Part shown: positions 38,756 through 50,049 of the stretch, piece by piece
Position numbering within the stretch: the first letter of the stretch is position 1
Layout: each line of letters begins with the position of its first letter
Source: an uncultured Bacilli bacterium
Lineage (GTDB): Bacteria; Bacillota_I; Bacilli_A; RF39; UBA660
Assembly (NCBI GenBank): GCA_947632325.1
Contig: CANROU010000003.1
Span: 8,732 to 72,731, forward strand
Length of the DNA stretch: 64,000 bases
Reading direction: 5' to 3'
Program-made: the position numbers and the translations under genes
Notes under the pieces: generated by a model
What the model was told of the DNA's origin: nothing
The model's database searches: none
What the model saw: the letters and a program-made list of their open reading frames with translations, nothing else

Positions 38756-41710
38756 TTACACCCTCTTTTCTAATTTTTCTATTTTTTGAACCACAATCTG
38801 CCATGAATTAAATCGTCTTTCTACTACACCAATGATTTTTAACAATTGCCCTGTTTGTAAATCGGGATATTGTTTCAACACACTAGGGAAAAGCACAAAT
38901 GTTGAACTTGTCGTATCATCACTACCTGTCAAAAAAGCCATCTCTTCTTTATTTTTTGTGGTTATGATCTTAATTTTTTCAACTAAAATAAGCACTGTTA
39001 CTTTTTGACTGATATTACTTAAATTATCTATTTCATTTAAAGATAATGCTTCTTGATATTGATACTGATAAGCTGTAATAGGATGGGCACTCATATAAAA
39101 GCCAAATAATGCTTTTTCCTGTTGCAAAAGTTCCTCTTTTGTATATTCAGTAGATATTTCTATTTCTGGTTTTATTACTAAAGATGGATCTAAATCTTTA
39201 GTCAATTCAGCATAATTAATCAAATTACTCAAATTATTAATCAATGTTTTTTTATTGTAACCAAAGGAACTAAAAGTTCCAGCTAAAATCAATGTTTCTA
39301 AATTTTTAGAACCCACGTTTCTAGAATAGATACGACTAATAGTATCATAAATATCTTGGAAATTTTCCTTAGATCTTTCTTTTATTATTTCATTACTAAC
39401 AGTCTGTCCAATACCTTTAATATTTGATAACGGAAATAACAACCCCTCATCTACTACCCTAAAACTAGTCGTACTTCTTTTTATATCAGGAGGTATAATC
39501 GTAATATGCCGATTTCTAGCCTCCATAATATAATCTTTAGTTTTACTTTCACTACCTATAACACTAGATAATAAATTACTATAAAAATATTTAGGAAAAT
39601 GAGCCTTTAAATAAGCCATTTTGTAAGCAATAAGCGAATATGCCACCGAATGTGAACGATTAAATCCATAACTAGCAAAATTTAAAATCAATTGAAATAT
39701 CTGTTTAACGGTTTTAGGATCATGTCCCAATGCTACACTCTGCTTAATAAATTTTTCCTCTTCATTTTTTAAAAGAGATACTTTCTTTTTACTCATGGCC
39801 CTTCGTAAAATATCAGCTTCTCCTAAACTATAGCCCGCTAAAACATTGGCAACTTGCATTATTTGTTCTTGATAAATTAAAATACCATATGTATTATCTA
39901 AAATAGGTTTTAAGGCTGGATCCAAATAACTAATTGGTTCTTTTCCTTGTTTCCTTCTAATGTAGCTATCAATATTCACAGCTGGACCAGGGCGAAAAAG
40001 GGCAATAGCCGCAAAAATATCTTCAAAAGTAGTTGGTTGTAATTTTTTTAAAAACTGTCTCATACCACTTGATTCAAACTGAAATATTCCCGTAGTATCA
40101 GCAGTCTTAAATATTTCAATAGCATCCTCATCATTTAATGGAATCTTTTGAAAATCAACACTTATTTTTTCTTTATCTTTTATATCATTCAAAATATTCA
40201 TAATGGTAGTCAAATTCTTTAATCCCAAAAAATCCATCTTCAATAGTCCTAATTCTTCTAGATATTCCATAGAATATCCTGTTAAATACATATCTTGATT
40301 TTTAACTAGAGGAATTATTTCGTCTAAGTCAACGTCACACATGACAATTCCTGCAGCATGAATAGAAGTATGTCTTGGGAAACCTTCCAGTCTATCAGCA
40401 ATTTTAAACATTTTAGATAATTGTGGATCACTTTCAACCATTGCCCTTAAAGATGGAATGTTTTTATACAAAACACTCAGTTTATCCTTAGTGATATTAG
40501 GTATTAATTTACAGACAGCATCTACTTTATAAAGAGGAATATTAAGAGTTCTTGACACATCCCTAATGGCTTGTTTAGCTCCTAATGTACCAAAGGTAAT
40601 TATACCCGCTACCCGCTTTTCACCATAACGATCAATAACATATTTTATTACCTCATCTCGATAACAATCAGGAAAATCTGTATCTATATCAGGCATAGTT
40701 ATCCTCTCTGGATTAAGAAAACGTTCAAATAATAAATCATATTTCATGGGATCAATATCCGTTATACCAAGTGAATAGGCCACCAAAGATCCAGCAGCAC
40801 TTCCTCTTCCTGGACCTACTAAAATATTTTTTTGTTTAGCATATTTAATAAAATCATAGACTACTAAAAAATAATTAGAAAACCCCATTTTCTTAATAAC
40901 ACCAAGTTCATACATGAGCCGTTTTTGATAAGCAACAGGAACTTCATTGTTCAATCTCTTTTTAAGGCCCTTTTTACTAAGTTCCAATAAATAAGTATCA
41001 TCATCTAAACCCTTATTTTGCGAATATTTAGGTAATCTTACTTTAGCTTTAGGAAATTCCAAATTACAACTATCTGCAATCTTATTACTATTGTAAAGTA
41101 TCTCATTTGGAAATTTAGTATATTCTAAATCATTAATTATAAAAGGTTTATCACTATTAGGAACAAAAACATTATCAGCTATCGTTTTACCATCACGAAT
41201 CATTAACAAGTAGGTCAAAAATTGCCTATCTGTCTCCTTAAAATATGTACTTTTAGGCAAATAAACAATCTCTTTATCTTTGGGAATAGTTTGATATTGT
41301 TCTAAGGTCGCAACACCAATATATAAATCTTCTAATGCAACTAACTTATCATATAATTCTATACATTCTACCACAATCTTGATTGTTCCCTTACTATATT
41401 GTTTTAAATCATCTATAGTAATCATTCTTTCGCTTTGAATAGTTGCTAATTTAATTAAATTTTGATAACCTTTATAATCTTTGGCAAAATATAAAACGAT
41501 ATCCTTTTCTAAAAACATTTCTAAACCAATTAATGGCTTAATATTATTTTGTTTGCATTTATGATAAAATTCCATTGCCCCATACATATTACAATCACAA
41601 ATAGCTATGGAGGTTAAATGTTGTGCTTTACTAAATTCAATCAATTCATCAATTGTTATTAAACTAGATAATAACGAATAGTTCGTTTTAACATATAATG
41701 GTGTATACAT
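38756..41710 (-). CDS. dnaE: DNA polymerase III alpha subunit
   Basis: GPGRGSAAGS, FERFLNPER..MPDIDTDF, KMDFLGL, FNRSHS. Confidence 0.96.
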   Translation of the reverse strand: MYTPLYVKTNYSLLSSLITIDELIEFSKAQHLTSIAICDCNMYGAMEFYHKCKQNNIKPLIGLEMFLEKDIVLYFAKDYKGYQNLIKLATIQSERMITIDDLKQYSKGTIKIVVECIELYDKLVALEDLYIGVATLEQYQTIPKDKEIVYLPKSTYFKETDRQFLTYLLMIRDGKTIADNVFVPNSDKPFIINDLEYTKFPNEILYNSNKIADSCNLEFPKAKVRLPKYSQNKGLDDDTYLLELSKKGLKKRLNNEVPVAYQKRLMYELGVIKKMGFSNYFLVVYDFIKYAKQKNILVGPGRGSAAGSLVAYSLGITDIDPMKYDLLFERFLNPERITMPDIDTDFPDCYRDEVIKYVIDRYGEKRVAGIITFGTLGAKQAIRDVSRTLNIPLYKVDAVCKLIPNITKDKLSVLYKNIPSLRAMVESDPQLSKMFKIADRLEGFPRHTSIHAAGIVMCDVDLDEIIPLVKNQDMYLTGYSMEYLEELGLLKMDFLGLKNLTTIMNILNDIKDKEKISVDFQKIPLNDEDAIEIFKTADTTGIFQFESSGMRQFLKKLQPTTFEDIFAAIALFRPGPAVNIDSYIRRKQGKEPISYLDPALKPILDNTYGILIYQEQIMQVANVLAGYSLGEADILRRAMSKKKVSLLKNEEEKFIKQSVALGHDPKTVKQIFQLILNFASYGFNRSHSVAYSLIAYKMAYLKAHFPKYFYSNLLSSVIGSESKTKDYIMEARNRHITIIPPDIKRSTTSFRVVDEGLLFPLSNIKGIGQTVSNEIIKERSKENFQDIYDTISRIYSRNVGSKNLETLILAGTFSSFGYNKKTLINNLSNLINYAELTKDLDPSLVIKPEIEISTEYTKEELLQQEKALFGFYMSAHPITAYQYQYQEALSLNEIDNLSNISQKVTVLILVEKIKIITTKNKEEMAFLTGSDDTTSSTFVLFPSVLKQYPDLQTGQLLKIIGVVERRFNSWQIVVQKIEKLEKRV

Positions 41711-41771
41711 ACTTTACCTCCATTCTAATCATATTTTATCATATGTTTGGCATAAAATACAGTGTTAATAT

Positions 41772-41800
41772 TTGACTTTCCTAAAATTATGTGATAAAGT
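41772..41800 (+). promoter_or_regulatory. sigma-A promoter for rpmB
   Basis: TTGACT-N17-TAAAGT with TG extension. Confidence 0.6.
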
Positions 41801-41837
41801 TATTAGGCAATGAAACTGTATTAAAGGAGGAGAAAAA

Positions 41838-42038
41838 ATGCCAGTTAAAGTAACATCTAAAAAACCACTTTCAGGAAATTCTAGAAGTCATGCTTTAAAT
41901 GCTACTAAGAGACAACAAAAGGTTAATTTACAAGTACAACGTTTAAGTGACGGTACTAAAGTACGTTTAAGTGCTAGAGAAAAAAGAACCTTAAGAAAAG
42001 ATGATAAAATAGTAGAAGATGAACAGACGAACGTTTAG
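41838..42038 (+). CDS. rpmB: 50S ribosomal protein L28 (Cys-less)
   Basis: GNSRSHALNATKR...NLQ; strong RBS AAAGGAGG. Confidence 0.93.
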   Translation: MPVKVTSKKPLSGNSRSHALNATKRQQKVNLQVQRLSDGTKVRLSAREKRTLRKDDKIVEDEQTNV

Positions 42039-42070
42039 TAATTTATACTACCACAATATTGTATTTAAAA

Positions 42071-42095
42071 CAGTCAAGTAATGACTGCTTTTTTT
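42071..42095 (+). terminator. Intrinsic terminator after rpmB
   Basis: CAGTCA-AGTAA-TGACTG plus T-run. Confidence 0.7.
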
Positions 42096-42167
42096 GTAAA
42101 AAGATGAAAAGACATTGTAAAACAGCTATCTATTAGATATAATATATACTAGTTGGAGGTTATTAAA

Positions 42168-44312
42168 GTGAAGAAAGAAAAAGAAGAAAAAAGGAAAATA
42201 AGCAAAGCCTGGACTATTATTTTAACTATCATAACATGTATTGCTTTAGTTACAAATGCTTATTCTATTTATAATATTTTATTACTAGGTCCAATTGAAC
42301 CACTTATTCGCTATATTATAGTAGGAATCATGATCCTAATTGATTTAATAATCATAATTAAATTATTTATTATCTATAAACGTCATAGAAATCCAAAACA
42401 TTCTATCCTGATGTTATTCTTATTATTAATATATATATTAATTAATGTATTAATAGGTTATATGATTAATAGAGTATATGGATCTATCAATTCTATGAAT
42501 AAGGGATATATAACCTATACTACTGATTTAATTACCTTAAAAGATTCTAAAATAAATGATATTGCTGATGTTAAAGATTTAGAAATTGGTATCATTGATG
42601 ACAAAGAATCGATAGATGGCTATGTAATCAGTCAAGAAATTATAAAAGAAAACAAATTAAGTGAAACTAATGATATAAATTCATATTCTGATTACTCATC
42701 AATGATGGATGATTTATATAACAAAAAAATTGATGCACTATTTATTTCTGATAATTATCCCTCTATGTTTCAGGGCATTAGTCAATATGAAAATATTAAA
42801 GATGATACTAAAATAATTTTTAGTAAAAATAAAAAGGTAAAAAAAGATAATGCTGATTCTACTTTGTTAGCTACTAATAAGCCTATTACAGAACCATTTA
42901 CTATACTATTAATGGGTGTAGATTCAGAAATGGATGGACTTGATAAAAATAGTGTTGGAAATGGTGATGCCTTAATATTGATTACTTTTAACCCTAAGAC
43001 ATTAAATGCCACTATGCTTAGCATCCCACGTGATACTTATGTACCAATTGCTTGTTTTGCTAATCAGATTGAAAATAAAATAACTCATGCTGCATGGCAT
43101 GGTGAAAGTTGTATGATTAAAACTATTCAAAACTTTACAGATATTAATATTGATTACTATGTTAAAATCAATTTTAAAGGTGTTGTAGGATTAGTCGATG
43201 CTTTGGGAGGAATTGATGTTGAAGTTCCACAAAGGCTTTGTACTGATGATAGTAATCGAGGCAAAACAGTATGTATTAATGAAGGATTACAACATTTAGA
43301 TGGTGAAGGAGCATTAGTTCTATCAAGAAATCGTAAACAGTTAGATAATGGTGATATAGGTCGTGGTTTAAATCAGCAGCTTGTAATTCAAGCCATGATT
43401 AATCAAATTAAAAACATTAATAATGTTAATAAACTATTAGAAATATTAGATATGGTTTCTAGAAACATGGATACCAATCTTACAACTGAACAAATTCTAT
43501 CTTTCTATAATATTGCTAAAGATATTTTAAGTCGCAAGTTAGATAAGGAAAATGGTGAAATTGTTAACGTACAACATTTGTTTATTCAGGGTAATGGTCA
43601 AATGATCTATGATGAGAATACTAGAATGGTTTTATGGAATTATGTACCTGTTCAAAAGAGTATTGATGATGTTGTTGATGCTATGAAAGTTAATTTAGCT
43701 TTGAAAGATTATGAATTAATTAAAGAATTTGATTTCTCTATTAATGAAGATTATGAAAAAGAAATTATTGGTGAAGGACCTTATAAGAGCAATAATAATT
43801 ATACCCTTCTACCTGATTTTACTGGTGATACAAAGGAACAAGCTACTAAATGGGCTAGTGCTAATGGTGTAAAAGTAACATTTGTTACTGAAGAAACCAA
43901 TGCATATCCAAACGGTACTGTATTTAAACAATCAGAACCCGCTAATAAGAGAACTGATAAACTTAAAGGTAGTGTGACATTAACTTTAGCGGCTAGCAAA
44001 AAGAGCAATGACACTACTACTGATGAAATAGATTGTAGCAAAGATAAAAAGAACAAAGCTTGTTTAGTACCTGATTTTACTAAAATGACTAAACAAGAAA
44101 TTATATCATGGGTAAAACCTTTAAAAAATGTTAATATTAAATTTGAAGAAGTTGTATACCCTGGAGCTACAGCTGGACAAATTGTTTCCCAAAGTGTAAG
44201 TGCTAATACCTATTTAGGAGATACTATCAACATTACTATAGGTATTGCCAAAGACAATCAAGAAACAGTGGAACCGGATGATAATGATACTACGGAAGAA
44301 ACCGATGAATAG
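42168..44312 (+). CDS. LCP (LytR/CpsA/Psr) family protein with accessory domain and C-terminal PASTA domains
   Basis: Three TMs; FTILLMGVD, SIPRDTYV, KITHA, YYVKINF....LVDALGG, DIGRGLNQQ; LPDFTG and VPDFT PASTA-like units. Confidence 0.9.
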   Translation: MKKEKEEKRKISKAWTIILTIITCIALVTNAYSIYNILLLGPIEPLIRYIIVGIMILIDLIIIIKLFIIYKRHRNPKHSILMLFLLLIYILINVLIGYMINRVYGSINSMNKGYITYTTDLITLKDSKINDIADVKDLEIGIIDDKESIDGYVISQEIIKENKLSETNDINSYSDYSSMMDDLYNKKIDALFISDNYPSMFQGISQYENIKDDTKIIFSKNKKVKKDNADSTLLATNKPITEPFTILLMGVDSEMDGLDKNSVGNGDALILITFNPKTLNATMLSIPRDTYVPIACFANQIENKITHAAWHGESCMIKTIQNFTDINIDYYVKINFKGVVGLVDALGGIDVEVPQRLCTDDSNRGKTVCINEGLQHLDGEGALVLSRNRKQLDNGDIGRGLNQQLVIQAMINQIKNINNVNKLLEILDMVSRNMDTNLTTEQILSFYNIAKDILSRKLDKENGEIVNVQHLFIQGNGQMIYDENTRMVLWNYVPVQKSIDDVVDAMKVNLALKDYELIKEFDFSINEDYEKEIIGEGPYKSNNNYTLLPDFTGDTKEQATKWASANGVKVTFVTEETNAYPNGTVFKQSEPANKRTDKLKGSVTLTLAASKKSNDTTTDEIDCSKDKKNKACLVPDFTKMTKQEIISWVKPLKNVNIKFEEVVYPGATAGQIVSQSVSANTYLGDTINITIGIAKDNQETVEPDDNDTTEETDE

Positions 44313-44424
44313 GTTTCTTTTTTTATTAATAATTAAAAAAAAGAAAGACCATAACACTATGTATCTTTCTTCGTTAGAAATAAATTCTAACAGTAAAGTA
44401 TATGTAATAAACTAATTAATATGC

Positions 44425-45036
44425 TTAATCCATTTCTACAACTACCAATTTAATATCATCATGAACTAAAGTAATTGTGGCTTCATTTTCATATCCTAAA
44501 TCTTTAGCGTACTCCCAATTTACTTTTACTTTATAAGCATTTTCATCAGTTGTATCCAAGTAATCAAAAGAAGTATTACTAATATCTTCTACTGTTACTT
44601 TTTTAACATATGGTAATTCTTGTTTTCTTTCATTATAAATATTGCTTTGAACATACTTATAAACTGTATCCATTGCTTTTTCTAAGAAATCATCAAGTTC
44701 ATCAGGATGAACAAAATCAGCTCCGCCTACATCTGTTTTAGCTACTTTATTATCTAAGGTATAAAAGTCTAAGATAAACATTTTACTAATCAATTCAGCA
44801 TACTTTTTTTCATCTACGACGTCTTCTTTTAAAACATTTTCTAATTCCTTAAATAAGGCTTGATATTCCTTACTTTTATTATCATGTAATTGGTAACCAT
44901 ATTTTTCAATCTCACTTACTACTTGTGCTTCACTGACTTTTGATTTAGGGCGAAAACCCAAATACCATACTACGCATCCTATTATCAACAATACTACTAT
45001 AACAATTATTATTTTTGCTTTCTTTTTCAATTTCAT
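44425..45036 (-). CDS. Hypothetical membrane-anchored protein
   Basis: N-terminal TM; ATGA overlap with ltaS. Confidence 0.7.
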   Translation of the reverse strand: MKLKKKAKIIIVIVVLLIIGCVVWYLGFRPKSKVSEAQVVSEIEKYGYQLHDNKSKEYQALFKELENVLKEDVVDEKKYAELISKMFILDFYTLDNKVAKTDVGGADFVHPDELDDFLEKAMDTVYKYVQSNIYNERKQELPYVKKVTVEDISNTSFDYLDTTDENAYKVKVNWEYAKDLGYENEATITLVHDDIKLVVVEMD

Positions 45037-47114
45037 TTTTCATTCTCCTTATTAAACAATTCAGTTTGTTGTCTATCTCTTAATATCAAATCATAAACGA
45101 TTATATCATTAGAAACATCTAATAAAGATTCTGAATACTCATTACATTTTTGAATATCTTCTTCACTAATCGCTTCATCTCTTAATGATAAATACTCTCC
45201 CTTTTGACTATTGTAGTATACAGTATTGGTCACCCAGTTACCATTTGGGAAGACAACAATATTATCATCTTTAATAGAAAAAATATCATGTCCTAATTGA
45301 TAAGGATTATTAACACCTAACATATTACTAAGAGTTGGTAAAACATCATACATGCCCATGACATTACTATTAATAGTTACATGTTCACCCGTTGGATCCC
45401 AAATAATAAATGGCACTTTACGATTGAGTTCATATTGATAACTATCAAAATCATAATAGTTAGGATCATCTTTATCTAATACACTATCAGTAAGTTTATC
45501 ATAATTGTAAAGACGAACATAATCATTTTTAGGTAATCTAGCATCATGATCACCATAGAGAACAATAATTGTATTATCTAATAAACCATTATTTCTTAAA
45601 TCCGTAATAAATTGACCTAAAGCAGCATCAGCATAATGAATAGATTTTAAATAATTACCTAATTTAGTACCTTCCATATAAGGATAGCTTATCTCCTCTA
45701 CCTGCCCTTGCTCATTGGTAATGGTCTCCTTGATATCTACATCAAAAGGATCATACTTTTCTACATCCGAAAATGGTGTATGGTTAGTAAGAGTTATAAA
45801 AGTGCCAAAGAAAGGAACACCTTTATTTTTAATTTCTTGTAAATAAGGAATAGCTTGACTAAAGAAAGATTTATCAGAAAGACCCAAGCCAATAGTATTA
45901 TCTTTGGTTACCTCAAAATCTTTTTTACTATAAAAACGTTCATAGCCCAATTTTTCATGCATAACCCGCCTATTCCAAAAATCAGCCGTATTCGCATGCA
46001 TACTAAAAGTATAATAACCTTTTTCTTTTAAAAGTAATGGCATACTAATATAAGTACGATCAGAATAACTAACAAAGGCTGTACCATTGTGAGTAGGCAT
46101 TAATGATGTATTAACAGTTAATTCCGTATCACTACTTGTTCCAACACTCACTTGAGAATAGAAATTATTAAAAAACATACCTTCTCGAGCTAATTTATTT
46201 AAGTTAGGCGTAACTTCCTGCCCGTTGAATGATAAATTCATGACAAATGATTGCATACTTTCAGCATGTATCGCAATAACATTTTTACCCTCAAAAATAC
46301 CTGTATATTCATTTGCTGTATGCTCTTTTCTATTAGCAAAATAATCATGAAACTTCTTAGTGGCATTATCTAATCCAAATAATGATGATACTTTAGGTTG
46401 AACGCTTGTAATAACATCATTAATCTGGTAAGTATAAATACCAAAACGCATAACAATATATTCTCTATTCCATTGCTTACTAAAACGACCAATTTCTAAT
46501 GAGGTTAAAGTAATCGTAAAAAGTGCCACACAAATACCACCAACTAATAAATGCTTAAAAGTTTTTTTCTTACGTTGACTAAAAGGTAAATTACGCTTAT
46601 AATCCGCTCTTTTCTTAAGTTTTAAATGAACAATAACAAAAACAATAGGTCCCCATAAATAAATAAGATCTTTAAGTTGTAAAACATTTTCTACTACAGC
46701 ATCTCCCACTGGCGCAATAAACTGCGTAAGCGATAGCATCGAAACAGAGGCAAAAGAAGTATAAAAAGTATAATAAATAGAATTAATAAGACAAATAGCC
46801 GTAAAAATAATTTCCCATACTAAATAATATATAAAACTCTTATCTTTCTTAAACAAATAACCTATGCTTCCAATAATAACCACAATAGCAAAATCAGCCA
46901 AAATAGGTTTAAAAGCAAGATAATTTTCCATTGTCTTCATAGTAAAAAATCTTAACAAAGTAGCATTTATAACACAAGTAAAAACATATGTCAAAAACAA
47001 AACATTGTTAGTTACATATGTTTTTATTCTCTTTTTCAAATATAGCAATTTCCCTTTTGGATCCTTTTTAATATTTAAACAAAAGTTTTTAATTTTTGTT
47101 CTTATCTTTTTCAT
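45033..47114 (-). CDS. ltaS: Lipoteichoic acid synthase family (sulfatase fold)
   Basis: Five TMs; NVIAIHAESMQ, EVTPNLN, GTSSDTE, TLTNHTPF, YGDHD; start refined to 47114. Confidence 0.85.
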   Translation of the reverse strand: MKKIRTKIKNFCLNIKKDPKGKLLYLKKRIKTYVTNNVLFLTYVFTCVINATLLRFFTMKTMENYLAFKPILADFAIVVIIGSIGYLFKKDKSFIYYLVWEIIFTAICLINSIYYTFYTSFASVSMLSLTQFIAPVGDAVVENVLQLKDLIYLWGPIVFVIVHLKLKKRADYKRNLPFSQRKKKTFKHLLVGGICVALFTITLTSLEIGRFSKQWNREYIVMRFGIYTYQINDVITSVQPKVSSLFGLDNATKKFHDYFANRKEHTANEYTGIFEGKNVIAIHAESMQSFVMNLSFNGQEVTPNLNKLAREGMFFNNFYSQVSVGTSSDTELTVNTSLMPTHNGTAFVSYSDRTYISMPLLLKEKGYYTFSMHANTADFWNRRVMHEKLGYERFYSKKDFEVTKDNTIGLGLSDKSFFSQAIPYLQEIKNKGVPFFGTFITLTNHTPFSDVEKYDPFDVDIKETITNEQGQVEEISYPYMEGTKLGNYLKSIHYADAALGQFITDLRNNGLLDNTIIVLYGDHDARLPKNDYVRLYNYDKLTDSVLDKDDPNYYDFDSYQYELNRKVPFIIWDPTGEHVTINSNVMGMYDVLPTLSNMLGVNNPYQLGHDIFSIKDDNIVVFPNGNWVTNTVYYNSQKGEYLSLRDEAISEEDIQKCNEYSESLLDVSNDIIVYDLILRDRQQTELFNKENEK

Positions 47115-47182
47115 TATTTTCAACCTCTTCATCATTATAACACTGTAAGTTATGTTTTTCAAGTATAGCTAAATCACTAATT

Positions 47183-48010
47183 TTATTTCTTTACTTCTTC
47201 ATTATGAATAGTATTAATAGCCATACCTAATACAAAAACATAAGCTAAAACGTATACCCACAATAATAAAATTAAAATATTAGAAATACTTCCATAAAAA
47301 ATATCGTATTTAGCAAAAATCTCAACATAAACAGAATATATTTCAGTAGCTATTATCCAAGTGATGGTTGTAAAAATAGCTCCATATGTAGTAGTACTAC
47401 TTTTTATCTTAACATCAGGAGCAATAGTATATAAGAGTTTAATATTAAAATAAATTAAGAAGATAGATAAAGGATATTTTAAAATTTGATACAACTTATA
47501 AATTAAAAGTACTATCTCATCACCATGAAAAACAGTCCTTATGATGTTAAAAATAAAATCACCAAAAGCCGGCACTAATAGCACAAAAATAAGTAGTAAC
47601 ACTAAAATAAAAGTCATCAAAATTGCCTTAATTCTTCTTTTCAATAGATTAGAATCTGGGGTTTTATATAATTGATTAGAAGCAATAATCATCGAATGAG
47701 TTCCATTGGATGCCAAAACAAAAGCCGAAGCAAAAAAGATAATCATATTAAAATTTAATCCTTTACCAGATACAATAGACAAAAGCAAAGTAGAAGCACT
47801 CCCTGGTACAGATTTTATAATAAATTCTTTGATAGTATCCATAGAAAGGGAGAAGAGGGAGGCAATCCCTCCTACTAACGCAATCAATGGAATAATGGAT
47901 AAAACAAAGAAGAAAGCTAATTGACCTGGTAAAATACGCATTTCCGGTTTAGTAGCTGCTCCAACCAATTGCTTTCCTATATCCTTGAACCGTTCTTTTA
48001 TGGATTTCAT
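47183..48010 (-). CDS. YihY/virulence factor BrkB family membrane protein
   Basis: QLAFFFVLSIIP, ASNG, YGSI..I.ILLLW.Y, G..IN. Confidence 0.9.
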   Translation of the reverse strand: MKSIKERFKDIGKQLVGAATKPEMRILPGQLAFFFVLSIIPLIALVGGIASLFSLSMDTIKEFIIKSVPGSASTLLLSIVSGKGLNFNMIIFFASAFVLASNGTHSMIIASNQLYKTPDSNLLKRRIKAILMTFILVLLLIFVLLVPAFGDFIFNIIRTVFHGDEIVLLIYKLYQILKYPLSIFLIYFNIKLLYTIAPDVKIKSSTTTYGAIFTTITWIIATEIYSVYVEIFAKYDIFYGSISNILILLLWVYVLAYVFVLGMAINTIHNEEVKK

Positions 48011-50049
48011 TTATATTCCTCTTTATTAGTCCTCATATCTAATACTGCTTCATTAATAGCATCATCAATCGTTTTAATTTCATCACGGATCATACTAAAA
48101 CCAATAGCCGCTCCAAATTGATGTGGCAATTCCTTTAATTCTTTAGATAACTTCTTAGTATAAGTTGATACCTGCTGTTCACTATATCCCATTAAATATA
48201 TCAAAAATTCATTACCATCTGTTCTAATAATTTCACTATTTTCTAGTTGTGTATTAACCAAAATAGCCGCAGCTTTAATAATTAAATCATCACCTGCTTC
48301 ATGGCCATAATTATCATTAACATATTTAACATTATTTAAATCAATAATAACAATAGCTTGAGGAAAAATATTACACTCTTCCCATTTTTTCATATTCAAA
48401 TTCAAGTAATTACGGTTTTTAAGAGATGTTAACATATCTGTATATTTACGGCGTTCTTCTTTCCTTACTGTTTTCTGCTGCTTTTTCTTATGTAGTAAGA
48501 AATAAACTATTCCAGCAACAATAGCCACCAACACAATAATAACTATGATAATTAAATATAATTGCCAAAGAGTAACTTTACTTAATATTGGTTGTGAAAG
48601 AGTTTCCATAGCTGTATTACGGTAACGGTAATAAGAATTAGTGTTAATAATATAATTAAATAAATCATAGAATGTCTCATTATCTTTTTTTACCATGAAT
48701 TTATAATCATTCATCATAGTATCAATATATAAAATCTCATATTTAGCAAATTTAGAAGAGCGATAATAATTATAAGTTTCTCTATCTACTATAATAATAG
48801 AATTTTTACTCTTTTTAATTAATGTGTTTAAATCTTCATATGGTTCAATTATAGCCTTACTATTATTAACAAAATAATCATACAAAGCATTCCCTTTAAG
48901 CATAGATATCGTCTCATCTTTTAAACTTTCTAGTGATGAAACAATATGATTACTATTAGGAAGAGCTAAAACAACATAATCTTCAACAAAAGTTGAAATA
49001 GTCGTTAAATAATCATCATCAACCATATTATAATAATCAAAATAAAGGTCTACTTCTTTATTGTCAATAGCTTGTTTTAAATCATCGACACTAGTATACT
49101 TCTTATAAGTAAATTCAATATTTGTTAAACGTTTCATACGTTGTAAATATTCACTAGCAATACCCAAGGGTTCATGATTAAAGGTAACATCATATGGAGC
49201 ATTCTCAACATAACCATATACATAATTTTTAGAAATTAAATCCGCCCTAGTCTTATCATTGATATTATTTTCTAATACATAATAATCTAAATAAGCCTCA
49301 TTATACTCTTCAACATAATTGTTTTCTTTCCAATTTGTATAATATTTTTGAATTATCTCATTTAATCGTTTATCACTATCTTCACTTAAAGTCAAAACCA
49401 CCTTTTTGTTCATTTCGGTAAAATAATAATTAATGTAATAATTTTCTTGACCAATTAATTTATCTAAATACATCATGTTAGGAATAATAATCATCCCAAC
49501 ATCACCATTATCTAAAGCTTTGTACAATTCATCGATAGTATTATAAGTTTTATAAGACAAATCAGTACCTGATTTTAGATAATAACTAAGTTCTCCAACA
49601 TCCTCATTAAACACACCAAAAGTTATATCTTTTAAATCACCGAGATGATTAATCTTTTGGTAAGATCTTCCTACCATTACATAGCCATCTTCAAATATTA
49701 ATAAATCTTGATTACTAAGTTTTTCATCATTATTTAAAATACGAATACGATAACCATTAGTAGAAGGCTTATCTTCTTTTAAATAAGGAATACGATTGAA
49801 CTCTAGGCCAACATTTTCTTCAAAATCATCTAAAAATTGGAATAAGACACCCTCGCCTTCCATACCATAAAGAGGAAAATTATTAACAATTTCAAAATCA
49901 ACAACAGTGTCTTGATTATTTTCTAACCAACGTTTCTCAATAACATTTAAGGAAGTTTTTTTATCAACAGTATGATAATATGCATAACCTGATAAAATGC
50001 CTCCTATAACTAATACCACACCAATAAATATAAATATCTTTTTTTTCAT
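48007..50049 (-). CDS. Membrane sensor with tandem solute-binding-like domains and a degenerate GGDEF domain
   Basis: TM-extracellular region-TM; D.LT.L.NR, KYVNDNYGHEAGD, signature RTDGNEF. Confidence 0.85.
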   Translation of the reverse strand: MKKKIFIFIGVVLVIGGILSGYAYYHTVDKKTSLNVIEKRWLENNQDTVVDFEIVNNFPLYGMEGEGVLFQFLDDFEENVGLEFNRIPYLKEDKPSTNGYRIRILNNDEKLSNQDLLIFEDGYVMVGRSYQKINHLGDLKDITFGVFNEDVGELSYYLKSGTDLSYKTYNTIDELYKALDNGDVGMIIIPNMMYLDKLIGQENYYINYYFTEMNKKVVLTLSEDSDKRLNEIIQKYYTNWKENNYVEEYNEAYLDYYVLENNINDKTRADLISKNYVYGYVENAPYDVTFNHEPLGIASEYLQRMKRLTNIEFTYKKYTSVDDLKQAIDNKEVDLYFDYYNMVDDDYLTTISTFVEDYVVLALPNSNHIVSSLESLKDETISMLKGNALYDYFVNNSKAIIEPYEDLNTLIKKSKNSIIIVDRETYNYYRSSKFAKYEILYIDTMMNDYKFMVKKDNETFYDLFNYIINTNSYYRYRNTAMETLSQPILSKVTLWQLYLIIIVIIVLVAIVAGIVYFLLHKKKQQKTVRKEERRKYTDMLTSLKNRNYLNLNMKKWEECNIFPQAIVIIDLNNVKYVNDNYGHEAGDDLIIKAAAILVNTQLENSEIIRTDGNEFLIYLMGYSEQQVSTYTKKLSKELKELPHQFGAAIGFSMIRDEIKTIDDAINEAVLDMRTNKEEYK

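Noticed and set aside
41838-42038. Cys-less L28 as a zinc-starvation paralogue
   Set aside because: Zinc-free L28 is common as the sole copy in reduced Bacilli; no Zur box noticed
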